Made by a program: the position numbers and the translations under genes
In this document: positions 48,086 through 58,382 of the stretch, in pieces
How positions within the stretch are numbered: position 1 is the first letter of the stretch
How the letters are laid out: each line of letters opens with the position of its first letter
The notes under the pieces: generated by a model
What the model saw: the letters and a program-made list of their open reading frames with translations, nothing else
What the model was told of the DNA's origin: nothing
Database searches by the model: none
Assembly: GCA_017445025.1 (NCBI GenBank)
Contig: JAFSVJ010000028.1
Location: 30,707 to 94,706, forward strand
Origin: Abditibacteriota bacterium
Lineage (GTDB): Bacteria; Armatimonadota; UBA5829
DNA: 64,000 bases
Direction of reading: 5' to 3'

Positions 48086-48229
48086 GATTTTATATTTAAA
48101 TTAATGCATCTCTAACTAAAAAAAATATTGATATTGAAAAATCATTATTTCTATACACTTATATTTTATCATATTTACAAATATTTTTCAATCCAAATCC
48201 ATGCCACTTTCCACCCGTCAATACTTTTT

Positions 48230-48470
48230 TCGGAAATGGGTTTTAGGGGTGAAAAAAAAGCCTCAGTGGTTAGACTCACCCTCCTTGAACTGAAAATTGC
48301 ATCCGCAATTTTCCTTTCATCCAAGGGTTTCCAAAAAGTTGAGCTTGCGAAACTTTTAGGGATTTGGAAGGAGGGGGGACCGGCGAAGACGGTGGGTGGT
48401 CAGGAATAAATTTGCATAGAATTGCAAATTTATGTATTCACTCGCTTGCGAGATAGAAGTTATATATCTC
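48230..48470. repeat. GC-rich mosaic repeat copy (inverted relative to 33290..33480)
   Basis: ggtgggtggtcaggaataaatttgcatagaattgcaaatttatgtattcactcgcttgcgagataga is the reverse complement of 33300..33366. It also carries caagggtttccaaaaagttgagcttgcgaaactttt (inverted module B). Confidence 0.6.
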
Positions 48471-48695
48471 TTTTTCACTTCCGCCGTAGGAATGACTGTA
48501 TACAACTATGGTTTCAAAATTCTTGGCATGACTTTTATCAAAATAACACACTTCTCTGTCACCCTTATAGGAAAATTCTATTTTTTCGAGATGAAAAGGA
48601 CTTGTCATATCTTTATTTATACCAAGAATTTTAAAGTCTTCACAAAATACCCGAAGAGATAAAATACACAATAATAAAACAAATAATATTTTCAT
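48438..48695 (-). CDS. small secreted hypothetical protein (85 aa)
   Basis: Signal-peptide-like N-terminus. Its 5' region overlaps the repeat element. Weak call. Confidence 0.3.
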   Translation of the reverse strand: MKILFVLLLCILSLRVFCEDFKILGINKDMTSPFHLEKIEFSYKGDREVCYFDKSHAKNFETIVVYSHSYGGSEKEIYNFYLASE

Positions 48696-49864
48696 TTTTT
48701 AAGCCAATTTATTGTATTTTCAAATAAAATTTTATTAATATCACTGTGGCTGACACCATAAAATTTCATCATTTCTTTAAAAGTGACAAGAATATAATCA
48801 AAACCTAAGCCACCATAATTGTGAAGCATTTGCTTTAAACATATATCATTACTTAATAGGATTTGTGAAGCATATCCCTTATCACAGAGTTTCTTAATAC
48901 AAACACATCTCTCTCTGTCACTCGCAAAAGGACCATCAGCATATCCGCCGGCTTCGGGAATAAAGAACTCTTTGGCAATATTATCAAACTGAACATAAAC
49001 ACCCATATCCAACAGTTTTTCCATATATTCTATGTTTAATTCCACATCTGTATGGCAAATAACCACTTTTTCAAAATCAAGATTAAAAGGTTTTAATATA
49101 TTGATAACATCAATGCCTGTTGTTCCCCAAGGGTGAAGGTGAACTTGCATTGGAGCGTGAAGTTCCTTACAAGCAATTGCGGCACCACACAGAGATTTCT
49201 TTTCATTCTCTGATATAACCTTACTTGTGCCTATCTCCCCTATTATTCCCGGAAATATTTTACAATCCTGCCCCCCTAAACCGTAGGTTTGGGGGGTGGC
49301 ATCTCCCCCAAGGGTTCCCGAAAAGTCGTTTAGACTTTTTGGGATTTGGGGGCGAAGAGATGACGGGGGGATGGACATCTGCCCCCCTAAACCCACAGAA
49401 ATGCCATATCTAAATTCATTTAATATCTCTTCCGCTATATCATTTTCCCTCTTCTCGGAAAAATCGGAAGGAAATGTATCACCTGTATAATATCCGGATC
49501 CGCAAATAATATTCACTCCCGTTTTTTCTGCCATTCTCTTTAATTTTAAAGGATCTCTGTTTATACCTATATTAGTATTATCTATTATAGTTCCTCCGCC
49601 GTGAGCTTTGAATATTTTAAGCTCATCTGTCATTATATCCTCATTATCAAGAATAAAATTGTCCTTCATTAAATAAGGATTAAGCTTAATATAACCCACA
49701 TTTTTAAGAGATATTTCATCATAACAAATCTTCGCCATTTCGGGATTTTTAGGCTCGGAAAACTCATTTGTCAAATCAATAAATATATGCTCATGGGGGA
49801 GAATATATCCCAAATCTTCAATTTTCTTTTTTCCCAATACAGTATTTATCATATTTCTGTCCAA
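48692..49864 (-). CDS. phosphotriesterase-family (PTE/Php, TIM-barrel metal hydrolase) protein carrying an in-frame 111-bp repeat-element insertion
   Basis: N-terminal LPHEHIFIDL metal-binding motif typical of the PTE family. At 390 aa it is longer than typical family members. A GC-rich segment encoding ...IPKSLNDFSGTLGGDATPQTYGLGGQ... interrupts the fold. Confidence 0.65.
   Translation of the reverse strand: MDRNMINTVLGKKKIEDLGYILPHEHIFIDLTNEFSEPKNPEMAKICYDEISLKNVGYIKLNPYLMKDNFILDNEDIMTDELKIFKAHGGGTIIDNTNIGINRDPLKLKRMAEKTGVNIICGSGYYTGDTFPSDFSEKRENDIAEEILNEFRYGISVGLGGQMSIPPSSLRPQIPKSLNDFSGTLGGDATPQTYGLGGQDCKIFPGIIGEIGTSKVISENEKKSLCGAAIACKELHAPMQVHLHPWGTTGIDVINILKPFNLDFEKVVICHTDVELNIEYMEKLLDMGVYVQFDNIAKEFFIPEAGGYADGPFASDRERCVCIKKLCDKGYASQILLSNDICLKQMLHNYGGLGFDYILVTFKEMMKFYGVSHSDINKILFENTINWLKK
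49268..49393. mobile_element. MITE-like GC-rich repeat element inserted in-frame in the PTE-family gene, bounded by 15-bp direct repeats ctgcccccctaaacc
   Basis: Direct repeats at 49268..49282 and 49379..49393, exactly 111 bp apart. The internal sequence is the reverse complement of the module at 38498..38545 (cccaaatcccaaaaagt...cttttcgggaacccttg). Confidence 0.55.
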
Positions 49865-49879
49865 AATTATAATAATTTA

Positions 49880-52819
49880 TTAAAGAATATCAAAATCAAT
49901 GGCAACCTTAGGTTCTTTACAGCCATATAGTTTAACAGGTTTCCATACTCCACCCATCATACTTGTGTTATGAACTTTGATACACAAATTATTACTACCA
50001 TCTTTGTTGACAACATCTTTAATATCAACCATAAAAGGGTCATTCCATAATTCTGTGATAGGCTTTCCTGTAGAAGCAACAGAATGTTCGCATATAAGCT
50101 TACCGTTTAAATAAACCCAGGCTTCTTCGTCACAGCCTAACATATAAAGATATATGTGATCACAAGCTTTTATATCATTATTTAAAGTAAACTTTTGAAA
50201 ATACCAACCGTTTCCAAAACAGTCCGGATAGCCTTGTGCCTCCCAACCGGCATTTATGTCACTTCTGACTCTTGAAAAGCCATCCTCATCCTTTGCAAAA
50301 GAAACATCCCCTAAGGATTTATTCTGAACCTTATCAAAGATACTGTTTTGTGATTGCCAATTTTCAGCATCTCCAACAACTTTTTCATCAAACTTAAATA
50401 TCCATTCATTGGAAACTTCTTGAGAGATTATATCTGTCGGCTCAGCAGCCAAAACAGCTTCCCATTTAGCGATAATATCGGACTTATTGTTCTGTTCGGA
50501 TAAATTGGTTATTTGATGATAATCACAAATCTCATTAAACTCTTTAAAATATGCCTCATACTTTTCTTTGTCTTTCAAAACTCCGTTAACAAAACTTTTT
50601 CCGGGAGCAAAATCTCTAAATTCCGTCATATAGCCTAAGTTTTGAGCAAGTTCGAGATATAACAAAGAAGCTTTTATCTTCTTAACTTTCCAAAGCATTT
50701 CATCACTTTGAGCAAGGCTTTCGGCTTCTTTGATATATTCCCAAAACTTTGCCATAAATTCTTCCGTAAACATAGGACCGTCGGGAGCACAAGAACACAT
50801 AAGACAGTCAAGCAAGGGGTTTCCTGTATCCTTGTCCCCACACTTGTGAGGCTTGGCGTGATTGGTTTCCCAAAAGTCCCACAACATCATTTGGTAATCC
50901 CATATAGGCTCAGCACACTCTCTGTAGTAACCGAAAATAAAGTCGTGCATTAATTCTTTGGTGTCTCTGTCTATATCCCAAAGTTGTTTTGCCCAAACCC
51001 AACTACGCATATCTGCCATGTCTCCACCGTTTGAATAGCAGGTTCCTTGAAGCATTATTCCCTTAGCATTGTTATCTATATAAAATTTCATATTATCACG
51101 AACCACGGGCATATTTGGCATAGGAACAAGCATGTGAACATAATCTGCCACATAATCCCAAATAAAGATTCCCGCACCGGATTTTCCCCATTTTTTCATA
51201 TATGATGAAAAACCGTCACTTTCAGTAGTGAAACAGAATTGATATTTCCAAGCGTGAGCATCTGTGCAAAGTTGAACTATAACATTATCCTCTATTTTCA
51301 TATTTGTGGGAGGATCGGCATAGTCCAAATAGGCAAGAGCTAAAATCTTTTTGTCGGGAAATTCATCTCTGATACCTTTGGCAACTTCGTTTACAAGATA
51401 AAAATATGAACCGCTTCTGCCACCGTTAGCCTCATCCATAGCTTTACAGTTGGGACAATCACAAAAGCCTCGTCCGTCATTGGGAGATATAGATGTTATT
51501 GTGACAGAAGGATTATCTCTGAATATTTGTTTTGTTTTTTCAATGGATAATCTTATAACATCAGGATTGGTATTACATAATTGAACGGGAGAGCGAACTC
51601 CGTTGATTTCTGAAAAGTATTCGGGATGGTCTTTAAAATACTCTTCCGGTGGGAAATATCTGAAATATGTATGCACCAAATAATAATATTTTATACTTCC
51701 GCCGTATTGCAAGGGTATATTAGCATTAGGTGCATTGGTCTTATTTTTAAGTGACCATATAGGTTTCCATGATTCAAATACATAAGGGTCCCTTAAGTCC
51801 AAAACAGGCAGAAAAACTCTTGGTGTCACAGTTTGAGCTAAGGGTTTAAGAGTTGGCACATACTGGTCAGCAAGGGTATAAAAACGACAACCAAAATCTT
51901 CTTCAAGCATGGAATATACGGCATTTATACAACCTCTGCCCCGTCCGCCAAAGATATAAATATTATCTTTAACTATATCTATAGCATAACCTTCCGTTCC
52001 TAAATCTATACTGTATGAAGGTGCCTTTTGAGAAAGTTTTGTCTTTCCTATACTTATAAATTTTCCCTTTTTATATTCACTTTCTTTGATAATCTTAAAA
52101 TCAAGACCACTCATTTCATCAAAATAAGCTTTTAAATCAACAGCAGCCTTTTCGTCTGTTGACAGAGGGTCATCAGCAATAACTATTTGATATAAAGGTT
52201 CTTTTCCGGCAAAAGTTATTTTTTTACCGCCTTTGGGTTTAAGAGTATTTTTCCATTCCTTTGGTAATGTTTTCACAAATATATTCTCCTTAGGTGAGCC
52301 TATTAAAATGGTATTAAAGCCCACAAATCCTGTATTTATAAGTCCTCTATCCTCAGCATATACATAATCTGTCAGATAACCTTTAATCTTATCTTTAAAC
52401 CGAATATGATAAACAACTTTTAAAGTATCTTCAGTAATATCTACTTTGGATTTAGACAAATCAATTTTAACATTATCGTTTTCTATTACAGTATTTTCAC
52501 CGGGTTTTCCCATCATCTCCGGCTCATTCCAAGTTTCATGCTTAACTACATATATATTTCCGTCAGCATGACAATATTTTAAAAGAATTTGACTTAACAA
52601 ATCTCCCTGTGATACACCTATTCCGTAATGACAGTTATATATCTTATCCATATTGCCTTTGTATTCAAGTGACACAGCAATATCATACCAATCGTCGTAA
52701 TTAAACATAGGAGGAGCTATTTGAGAGTCATTATAAGTAATAGATGTAATTCTTATACCTTGAGCATAGATACTGACAGATACCAATAATAAAACAAAAA
52801 AAGAAAGCAAATATTTCAT
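49880..52819 (-). CDS. large secreted hypothetical protein, putative carbohydrate-active enzyme (979 aa)
   Basis: N-terminal signal peptide and long ORF. The GH20-N-like / DUF4838-like impression is weak, so the family is uncertain. Confidence 0.45.
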   Translation of the reverse strand: MKYLLSFFVLLLVSVSIYAQGIRITSITYNDSQIAPPMFNYDDWYDIAVSLEYKGNMDKIYNCHYGIGVSQGDLLSQILLKYCHADGNIYVVKHETWNEPEMMGKPGENTVIENDNVKIDLSKSKVDITEDTLKVVYHIRFKDKIKGYLTDYVYAEDRGLINTGFVGFNTILIGSPKENIFVKTLPKEWKNTLKPKGGKKITFAGKEPLYQIVIADDPLSTDEKAAVDLKAYFDEMSGLDFKIIKESEYKKGKFISIGKTKLSQKAPSYSIDLGTEGYAIDIVKDNIYIFGGRGRGCINAVYSMLEEDFGCRFYTLADQYVPTLKPLAQTVTPRVFLPVLDLRDPYVFESWKPIWSLKNKTNAPNANIPLQYGGSIKYYYLVHTYFRYFPPEEYFKDHPEYFSEINGVRSPVQLCNTNPDVIRLSIEKTKQIFRDNPSVTITSISPNDGRGFCDCPNCKAMDEANGGRSGSYFYLVNEVAKGIRDEFPDKKILALAYLDYADPPTNMKIEDNVIVQLCTDAHAWKYQFCFTTESDGFSSYMKKWGKSGAGIFIWDYVADYVHMLVPMPNMPVVRDNMKFYIDNNAKGIMLQGTCYSNGGDMADMRSWVWAKQLWDIDRDTKELMHDFIFGYYRECAEPIWDYQMMLWDFWETNHAKPHKCGDKDTGNPLLDCLMCSCAPDGPMFTEEFMAKFWEYIKEAESLAQSDEMLWKVKKIKASLLYLELAQNLGYMTEFRDFAPGKSFVNGVLKDKEKYEAYFKEFNEICDYHQITNLSEQNNKSDIIAKWEAVLAAEPTDIISQEVSNEWIFKFDEKVVGDAENWQSQNSIFDKVQNKSLGDVSFAKDEDGFSRVRSDINAGWEAQGYPDCFGNGWYFQKFTLNNDIKACDHIYLYMLGCDEEAWVYLNGKLICEHSVASTGKPITELWNDPFMVDIKDVVNKDGSNNLCIKVHNTSMMGGVWKPVKLYGCKEPKVAIDFDIL

Positions 52820-52872
52820 ATTAAGTCACCATAAATAAAAGAGAAGGTAGGGAAAACCCTACCCTATCATTT

Positions 52873-53637
52873 TTATCCACACAAGTCACGGTTAATCCAG
52901 TGTGTATTCCACCACCAAGCAACAGAGTTATACATTATATCACTGTTGTATTTAGAATATTTGGCGTGACCGTCAGCAAATGTAATGTTTACACCATCCA
53001 TGTGGGGGTAAACCTTTGCGGCTTTTGCACCGGAACCAACATAGTCAGCAGCATAAGCTTGCATAACAGAAGCCTGTGTAGAACCTAAACCATACCAATA
53101 TCTGTCAATAAGCATAACAAATTCGGAAGAGGTTGGGATTTGAGTTTCCGTTAGAGGAGGTCGGCAGTGCCAAGTTAGGTATCCTTCCATTGAAATACAT
53201 AAGTGTCCTGAAATTTCTGCATTATAACCGTATGAGGGCTTATTTGTAGTTATATTTTTATTTAATGCAGGGTTGGAAGGACAACGAAACATTTGAACAT
53301 TCTTGACATAAGGGAATATAGAATCCATCCATGTGAAACGTGCCTCTGCTCCTGTTGCATCACATTGGGCAAAGAAAATCTCACCCGGGTAACCGGCAGT
53401 GGCTGTGGTGATAAGATTTCCTGCACCACAATCATACTGACAATCAGCAGGGTATGTTTCGTCGTAATCGTCTTTGTATAACATAAAAGCAGTTCCCATT
53501 TGCTTCATGTTAGAGAGACAACTTGTTTGTCTTGCTTTTTCTCTTGCCTGTGCAAACACAGGGAAAAGAATGGCTGCGAGTATTGCTATAATGGCTATAA
53601 CAACAAGCAACTCAATTAAGGTAAAACCTTTCTTCAT
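52873..53637 (-). CDS. DUF1559 / H-X9-DG protein with prepilin-type N-terminal cleavage-methylation domain (pseudopilin-like)
   Basis: [27 protein letters not shown]-terminus. C-terminal H-x9-DG motif ([12 protein letters not shown]). Confidence 0.75.
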   Translation of the reverse strand: MKKGFTLIELLVVIAIIAILAAILFPVFAQAREKARQTSCLSNMKQMGTAFMLYKDDYDETYPADCQYDCGAGNLITTATAGYPGEIFFAQCDATGAEARFTWMDSIFPYVKNVQMFRCPSNPALNKNITTNKPSYGYNAEISGHLCISMEGYLTWHCRPPLTETQIPTSSEFVMLIDRYWYGLGSTQASVMQAYAADYVGSGAKAAKVYPHMDGVNITFADGHAKYSKYNSDIMYNSVAWWWNTHWINRDLCG

Positions 53638-53796
53638 TATTTTTCTCCTGTTTATATTTTAGTTTATCGTTAAACCTACATATATATTATACCATAAAAA
53701 AAAATAAAAAGTCAAGGTTTAAACCTTATTTTTTTTAAAAAATCAAAAAAAACATCCAAAAAATAATTAATCTAAGGGAAATGTTTTAGATATTTT

Positions 53797-55089
53797 TCAT
53801 TCGGCATATAACAGAACACCGTGGCCGGGCATTATATAAACATCTTCTCCTCCAAAAGATTTTACATCTCCTCCTGTGCTTCTGTCTTCAACTTTAAATA
53901 TCTTATTTCCTTTGTTAAACTCTATTCCTACCGCAACAGAATAATCGGGGTTTTTATTTACTATCATGGCATACTGTTTGCCGGCTTTATCCACAAATTC
54001 TTGGGCAACCACATTAGCTTCACCTCGTAAAGGAGACAAGGAAAGATTTTTAACATTTATGGCACTTGACTTATCTTTACAACCCTTTGGAACATAACCC
54101 ATATGAAAAACATTAATATTTTTTAAGCTTTTGTATATAGCACCTATATTATGAATGGCATAATTCATGTGGGCAACATATCTCCATGCGGGAGACTTCA
54201 TATTATATTCATCATAAGGAGCGTTTCTCCAATTTCCGAGATTGGGGGTTTGGTATGTAAAATAAGATATACCTTTGGCACCGTAAGCAAGAGAAGACCA
54301 ACCTTGAACGTGAATAATATAATCGTCCGGGTCCGGCCAACTTAAAGCACCTACGGATTGAATTATATTAATAAAACCTACCCTATTTATGTCGGCACCT
54401 TTTTTAATGGCCTCAAGGTTTGAATAAAAATAATTTTCGTTAAAATTATAGTTGCGAACACTGTTTGTATAGCCTACAGCATCCGGATTGTTTCCGACAG
54501 AAAAAGAATAATTATCATAGGAAATATAGTCCAATTTACAACTCTGTGTAATGGTATCAATATATTTATCATAGCTTTCTACTCCCAATCCTGCAGGAGA
54601 CACTGCTATAGGATAAAGATTTATATAGGGTTTACATTTACAGCTTTCTCTAACGGCATCTGCGTAAGCTGAAAGCCTTGCAACTGTATCTTCTCTGGCA
54701 TTGGGTTCATCTTGCACATAAACCATATACAAATCATCCAAATTATTTTTACCTACTTCCTTAATCACTCTTTTTGTAAAGTTTTGTGCCTTTGTTGCGT
54801 AATCTGCGTCACTTTCACCGGTAGAATCCACAAAAACATGAGCTTTTAAATTATGTTTCTTGGCGAATTTAACTTCAGTGGGAGGAATAAAGTGTGTCAC
54901 ATTAAATCCACAGTCATACATATCTTTAAAATATTCATCTCTTTGAGTGTTATTGGTCCACCAATAATGGCCCCAGGGCATAATAAGAAATTCATCGGGA
55001 GTTAATCTTTGTCGTGTAGTGTCGGTAAAGTCTGCATAAGCAGAAATTGATATTATCAAAACTGCCAATAAAAATATTATTTTTTTCAT
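53797..55089 (-). CDS. secreted hypothetical protein (430 aa), tandem paralog of 55128..56420
   Basis: Signal peptide. Long collinear identity with the neighbouring gene (e.g. DDYIIHVQGWS.LAYGAKG, RYVAHMNYAIHNIGAIYK). Confidence 0.5.
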   Translation of the reverse strand: MKKIIFLLAVLIISISAYADFTDTTRQRLTPDEFLIMPWGHYWWTNNTQRDEYFKDMYDCGFNVTHFIPPTEVKFAKKHNLKAHVFVDSTGESDADYATKAQNFTKRVIKEVGKNNLDDLYMVYVQDEPNAREDTVARLSAYADAVRESCKCKPYINLYPIAVSPAGLGVESYDKYIDTITQSCKLDYISYDNYSFSVGNNPDAVGYTNSVRNYNFNENYFYSNLEAIKKGADINRVGFINIIQSVGALSWPDPDDYIIHVQGWSSLAYGAKGISYFTYQTPNLGNWRNAPYDEYNMKSPAWRYVAHMNYAIHNIGAIYKSLKNINVFHMGYVPKGCKDKSSAINVKNLSLSPLRGEANVVAQEFVDKAGKQYAMIVNKNPDYSVAVGIEFNKGNKIFKVEDRSTGGDVKSFGGEDVYIMPGHGVLLYAE

Positions 55090-55127
55090 AAAAAACTCCT
55101 TTTATAACATTTATTATTATATATATG

Positions 55128-56420
55128 TTATTCCGCAAACAGCAAAACTCCATGGCCGGGGGCAACCATGGCTCCTTCACCATAGAAAAAAGTCACCTGA
55201 TTGCCGGCTCCTCTGTCATCTATCTTATAAACATCCTTGCCTTTTTTAAATTCTATTGATACTTCAACAGAATAGTTAGGGTTTTTATTTACTATCATAG
55301 CATATTGTTTTCCGTCTTTATCCACAAATTCACCCACAACAGCATTAGCTTCCCCTTTAACGGATTTCAATGACAGATTTTTAATATTAACGGCACTTGA
55401 CAGATCTTTACAACCCTTAGGAACATAACCCACATGGAAAACATTTATGTGTTTTAAATTTTTATAAATTGCACCTATATTATGAATGGCATAATTCATG
55501 TGAGCCACATATCTCCATGTGGGAGATTTCATATTATATTCATCATAAGGGGCGTTTCTGTAATCACCAAAATCAGGAGTTTGATAAGTATAATAGCACA
55601 AACCCTTGGCGCCATAGGCAAGAGTAGACCAACCTTGAACATGGATAATATAATCGTCCGGCTCCGGCCAATTAAAGGCTTCCACAGATTGGATAATATT
55701 TATAAAACCAACTTTATTCCTATCGGCGGCAGCCTTGACAGCTTCCATATTGCCATAAAAAGAGTTCTCGTTAAAGCAATAGTTTTTATTACTGTTGGTC
55801 CAACCTTCCTTTTCCTCATTGTCAACAACAAATGGATAGTTATCATAAGAAATATACTCTAATGAACATTCTTTTATTAATTTATCCAAATATTCATCAT
55901 AACCGCCATAGGGATAGGCAATAATGGGTAAAAGGTTTATGTATGGTTTACATTTACAGTTTTCTCTGACAGCATCTGCATAAACTGATAATTTGGCAAT
56001 ATTTTTTTCATCATCGGTAGGTTCGTCTTGAAGATAGACAAAATATACATTATCCATATTCTCTTTGCCTACTTCATCTATAATTTTTTGTGTCCATCTT
56101 TTAGCTTTGGTTTTATTATCATCTTCACTGTTATCGGTCTGCCTAACATACACCTGAGCTTTCATTTTATATTTTTTGGCAAGAAGAACTTCATTGGGAG
56201 GGCACATATGTGTCACATTAAAACCACAGTCGAACATATCTTTATAATACTTCTCTCTTTCCCCGGTTCCGCTCCACCAATAATCACTAAATGGCATAAT
56301 GATAAACTCATCGGGAGTTAATCTCTCTCGAACTCTGTTTGTCGAATCTGCATAAGCAGAACCTGCTACTATTATTATAAATATAAGAAATATAAAAATT
56401 TTTTTCATAAAAAACTCCAA
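55128..56420 (-). CDS. secreted hypothetical protein (430 aa), tandem paralog
   Basis: See the paralog above. Possibly a glycosidase-like TIM-barrel, unconfirmed. Confidence 0.5.
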   Translation of the reverse strand: MEFFMKKIFIFLIFIIIVAGSAYADSTNRVRERLTPDEFIIMPFSDYWWSGTGEREKYYKDMFDCGFNVTHMCPPNEVLLAKKYKMKAQVYVRQTDNSEDDNKTKAKRWTQKIIDEVGKENMDNVYFVYLQDEPTDDEKNIAKLSVYADAVRENCKCKPYINLLPIIAYPYGGYDEYLDKLIKECSLEYISYDNYPFVVDNEEKEGWTNSNKNYCFNENSFYGNMEAVKAAADRNKVGFINIIQSVEAFNWPEPDDYIIHVQGWSTLAYGAKGLCYYTYQTPDFGDYRNAPYDEYNMKSPTWRYVAHMNYAIHNIGAIYKNLKHINVFHVGYVPKGCKDLSSAVNIKNLSLKSVKGEANAVVGEFVDKDGKQYAMIVNKNPNYSVEVSIEFKKGKDVYKIDDRGAGNQVTFFYGEGAMVAPGHGVLLFAE

Positions 56421-56698
56421 TCAATCCGGGATTATTAATAAACAAACCTACTTCTTAAACAAAAATTAAAGAATATAAAATATAAAAAAAAGTCTGTTAA
56501 CATTAGGAAAATATTAGGGTAAAGAATATTATTTTCTATTTTACATTTTTTATTTCATATTTAGGATAATAAGTGTATTATACATCATTCATTATTAAAT
56601 GCCCACCAATATCATTATACCACATCATTCCACTTTTATCAATTTGTTATAATTTTTAAATTTCTGTGATTTATAGTATAATATAAATAGAATAAACT

Positions 56699-58216
56699 AT
56701 GGAAAAAGCCATGAAACAAAAACTCTTAATCATTTTATCATTTATTTTACTGTCCCTTCCTCTCTTCCCCTTAGACTATGCCCTCCTAAACTCCGAGGGC
56801 AAGCCTGTTACCGACTTTTCCTACTCAGAGATTTATCCTTTTTTTGAGGACTTGGCTTTATGCAAAAGAAACAATCTCTACGGATATATAGACAAACAAG
56901 GCAAAGAAGTCATCCCTTGTGAATACACTTATGGTGAATTTTTTCAAAATGGAGCCACAAAAGTTTGCAAAGGCAATGAATTTTACTATATTAATAAAGA
57001 AAACACACCTATTTTCAAAAAAGAGATAAAAGCTTATACTCCAAAAACAGGAAATGTAATAGAAGTCTTCAAACCCTACACCCCCTCAAACCTCCTACTT
57101 ATCGAAAAAGATAACCTCTGTGGCTTAGGAGACACTGAAGGAACCACCATAATCCCTTGCGAGTATAACAGAGTAATTAGTAATCGGGGGGATTTGTTCC
57201 TTGTGAGCAAAAATAACCTTTTCGGCTATGTGGACAGATATAACAGAGTTGCAATCCCTTTAAGTTTCCAAAGAGCCAGTGAATTCAAAGACGGTATGGC
57301 GTGTGTCACCAAAAAGGGTAAAACCTTTGTAATAAATGAAAGGGGGGAGACTGTAGCTAAGGGCTGCGAAAGATATTTGATTTACTCTTCAAATCTCATT
57401 CTCGGAATCAAAAAAGGTAAAATCGGAGGTTTTAACAGAGAAGGAAAACAGATAATTGCCTTCGAATACTCACAGAACCCAAGCGGAGAGGTTAAATCCC
57501 TAAAATATGATACCATGACCAAAGAGAACGGTTGTTTTATTCTGTATAAAAACGGTTCATGGTTCCTCTTCAATAAGGAAGGTGTAGGTGTAAATAATAT
57601 TAAAGCCACAGATATAAGCGAATGGGAAAAAGAATATACAGTGGCTTTTACAGGGGTCTATGTGGTGGACGCCTTTGGCAGAATGGAATTTAAGTCCAAA
57701 AAAGAAGCAAAAAAATATGTGGACGACCTAAAAGTGAAATCCATAACGGATTTGGAAAACAAGTATGATATTATTAAACAAGAAGGAACCTCAATCCTTT
57801 TAGATCGAAACTGGAAAGAAATAATCCCACAGAAATATGAACTAATAAAGGATTTTAAAGATAATGTATATGTGGCAAAGAAAAAATTTTCCGATGAGTT
57901 CTATGGTATGGTAGATATAGGCGGAGAGTGTGTAGTCTCCTTTGATTATGAAGAACTGACAAACTTTTATGATAATGTGGCAATAGGCAAATCAGAAGGT
58001 AAATATGGATTAATTAACAGAGAAAATGAAAGGATAACCCCTTTCGACTATGATTATATAGATAACTTCATCTTAGGCTTTGCCAAAGCAAAGAAAAATA
58101 ATAAATGGGGAATAATTGATAATATAGGCAAAGAAGTCATCCCTTGCCTGTATGAAGATATTAAAATATATCCTACAAATTCCGACACTGAAATCTTCTT
58201 CGCAATCGGAAAATAG
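56699..58216 (+). CDS. secreted WG-repeat (KWG/Leptospira-repeat) containing protein
   Basis: Repeated YGYIDKQGKEVIP / FGYVDRYNRVAIP / YGLINRENERITPFDY / WGIIDNIGKEVIPCLYEDI units after a signal peptide. Confidence 0.7.
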   Translation: MEKAMKQKLLIILSFILLSLPLFPLDYALLNSEGKPVTDFSYSEIYPFFEDLALCKRNNLYGYIDKQGKEVIPCEYTYGEFFQNGATKVCKGNEFYYINKENTPIFKKEIKAYTPKTGNVIEVFKPYTPSNLLLIEKDNLCGLGDTEGTTIIPCEYNRVISNRGDLFLVSKNNLFGYVDRYNRVAIPLSFQRASEFKDGMACVTKKGKTFVINERGETVAKGCERYLIYSSNLILGIKKGKIGGFNREGKQIIAFEYSQNPSGEVKSLKYDTMTKENGCFILYKNGSWFLFNKEGVGVNNIKATDISEWEKEYTVAFTGVYVVDAFGRMEFKSKKEAKKYVDDLKVKSITDLENKYDIIKQEGTSILLDRNWKEIIPQKYELIKDFKDNVYVAKKKFSDEFYGMVDIGGECVVSFDYEELTNFYDNVAIGKSEGKYGLINRENERITPFDYDYIDNFILGFAKAKKNNKWGIIDNIGKEVIPCLYEDIKIYPTNSDTEIFFAIGK

Positions 58217-58382
58217 AGATAAAGATTAATTATAATTTTGCCCCTACCCCGGGGGGCATGTCCACAGACCTAACAATCAAAAATTTTTAATCTGTTATTG
58301 GGCTAGAAAGCTTGGAGACAGTTTTTATGTTTCAAATCTTCTATTCATCATTGTTTTTTAAATGTTATAAAAAGAGCGTTCT

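Noticed and set aside
49268-49393. Intein or programmed frameshift in the phosphotriesterase-family gene
   Set aside because: The insert is only 37 codons and lacks intein blocks. It is flanked by 15-bp direct repeats and matches an interspersed repeat, so a MITE-like in-frame insertion is favoured.
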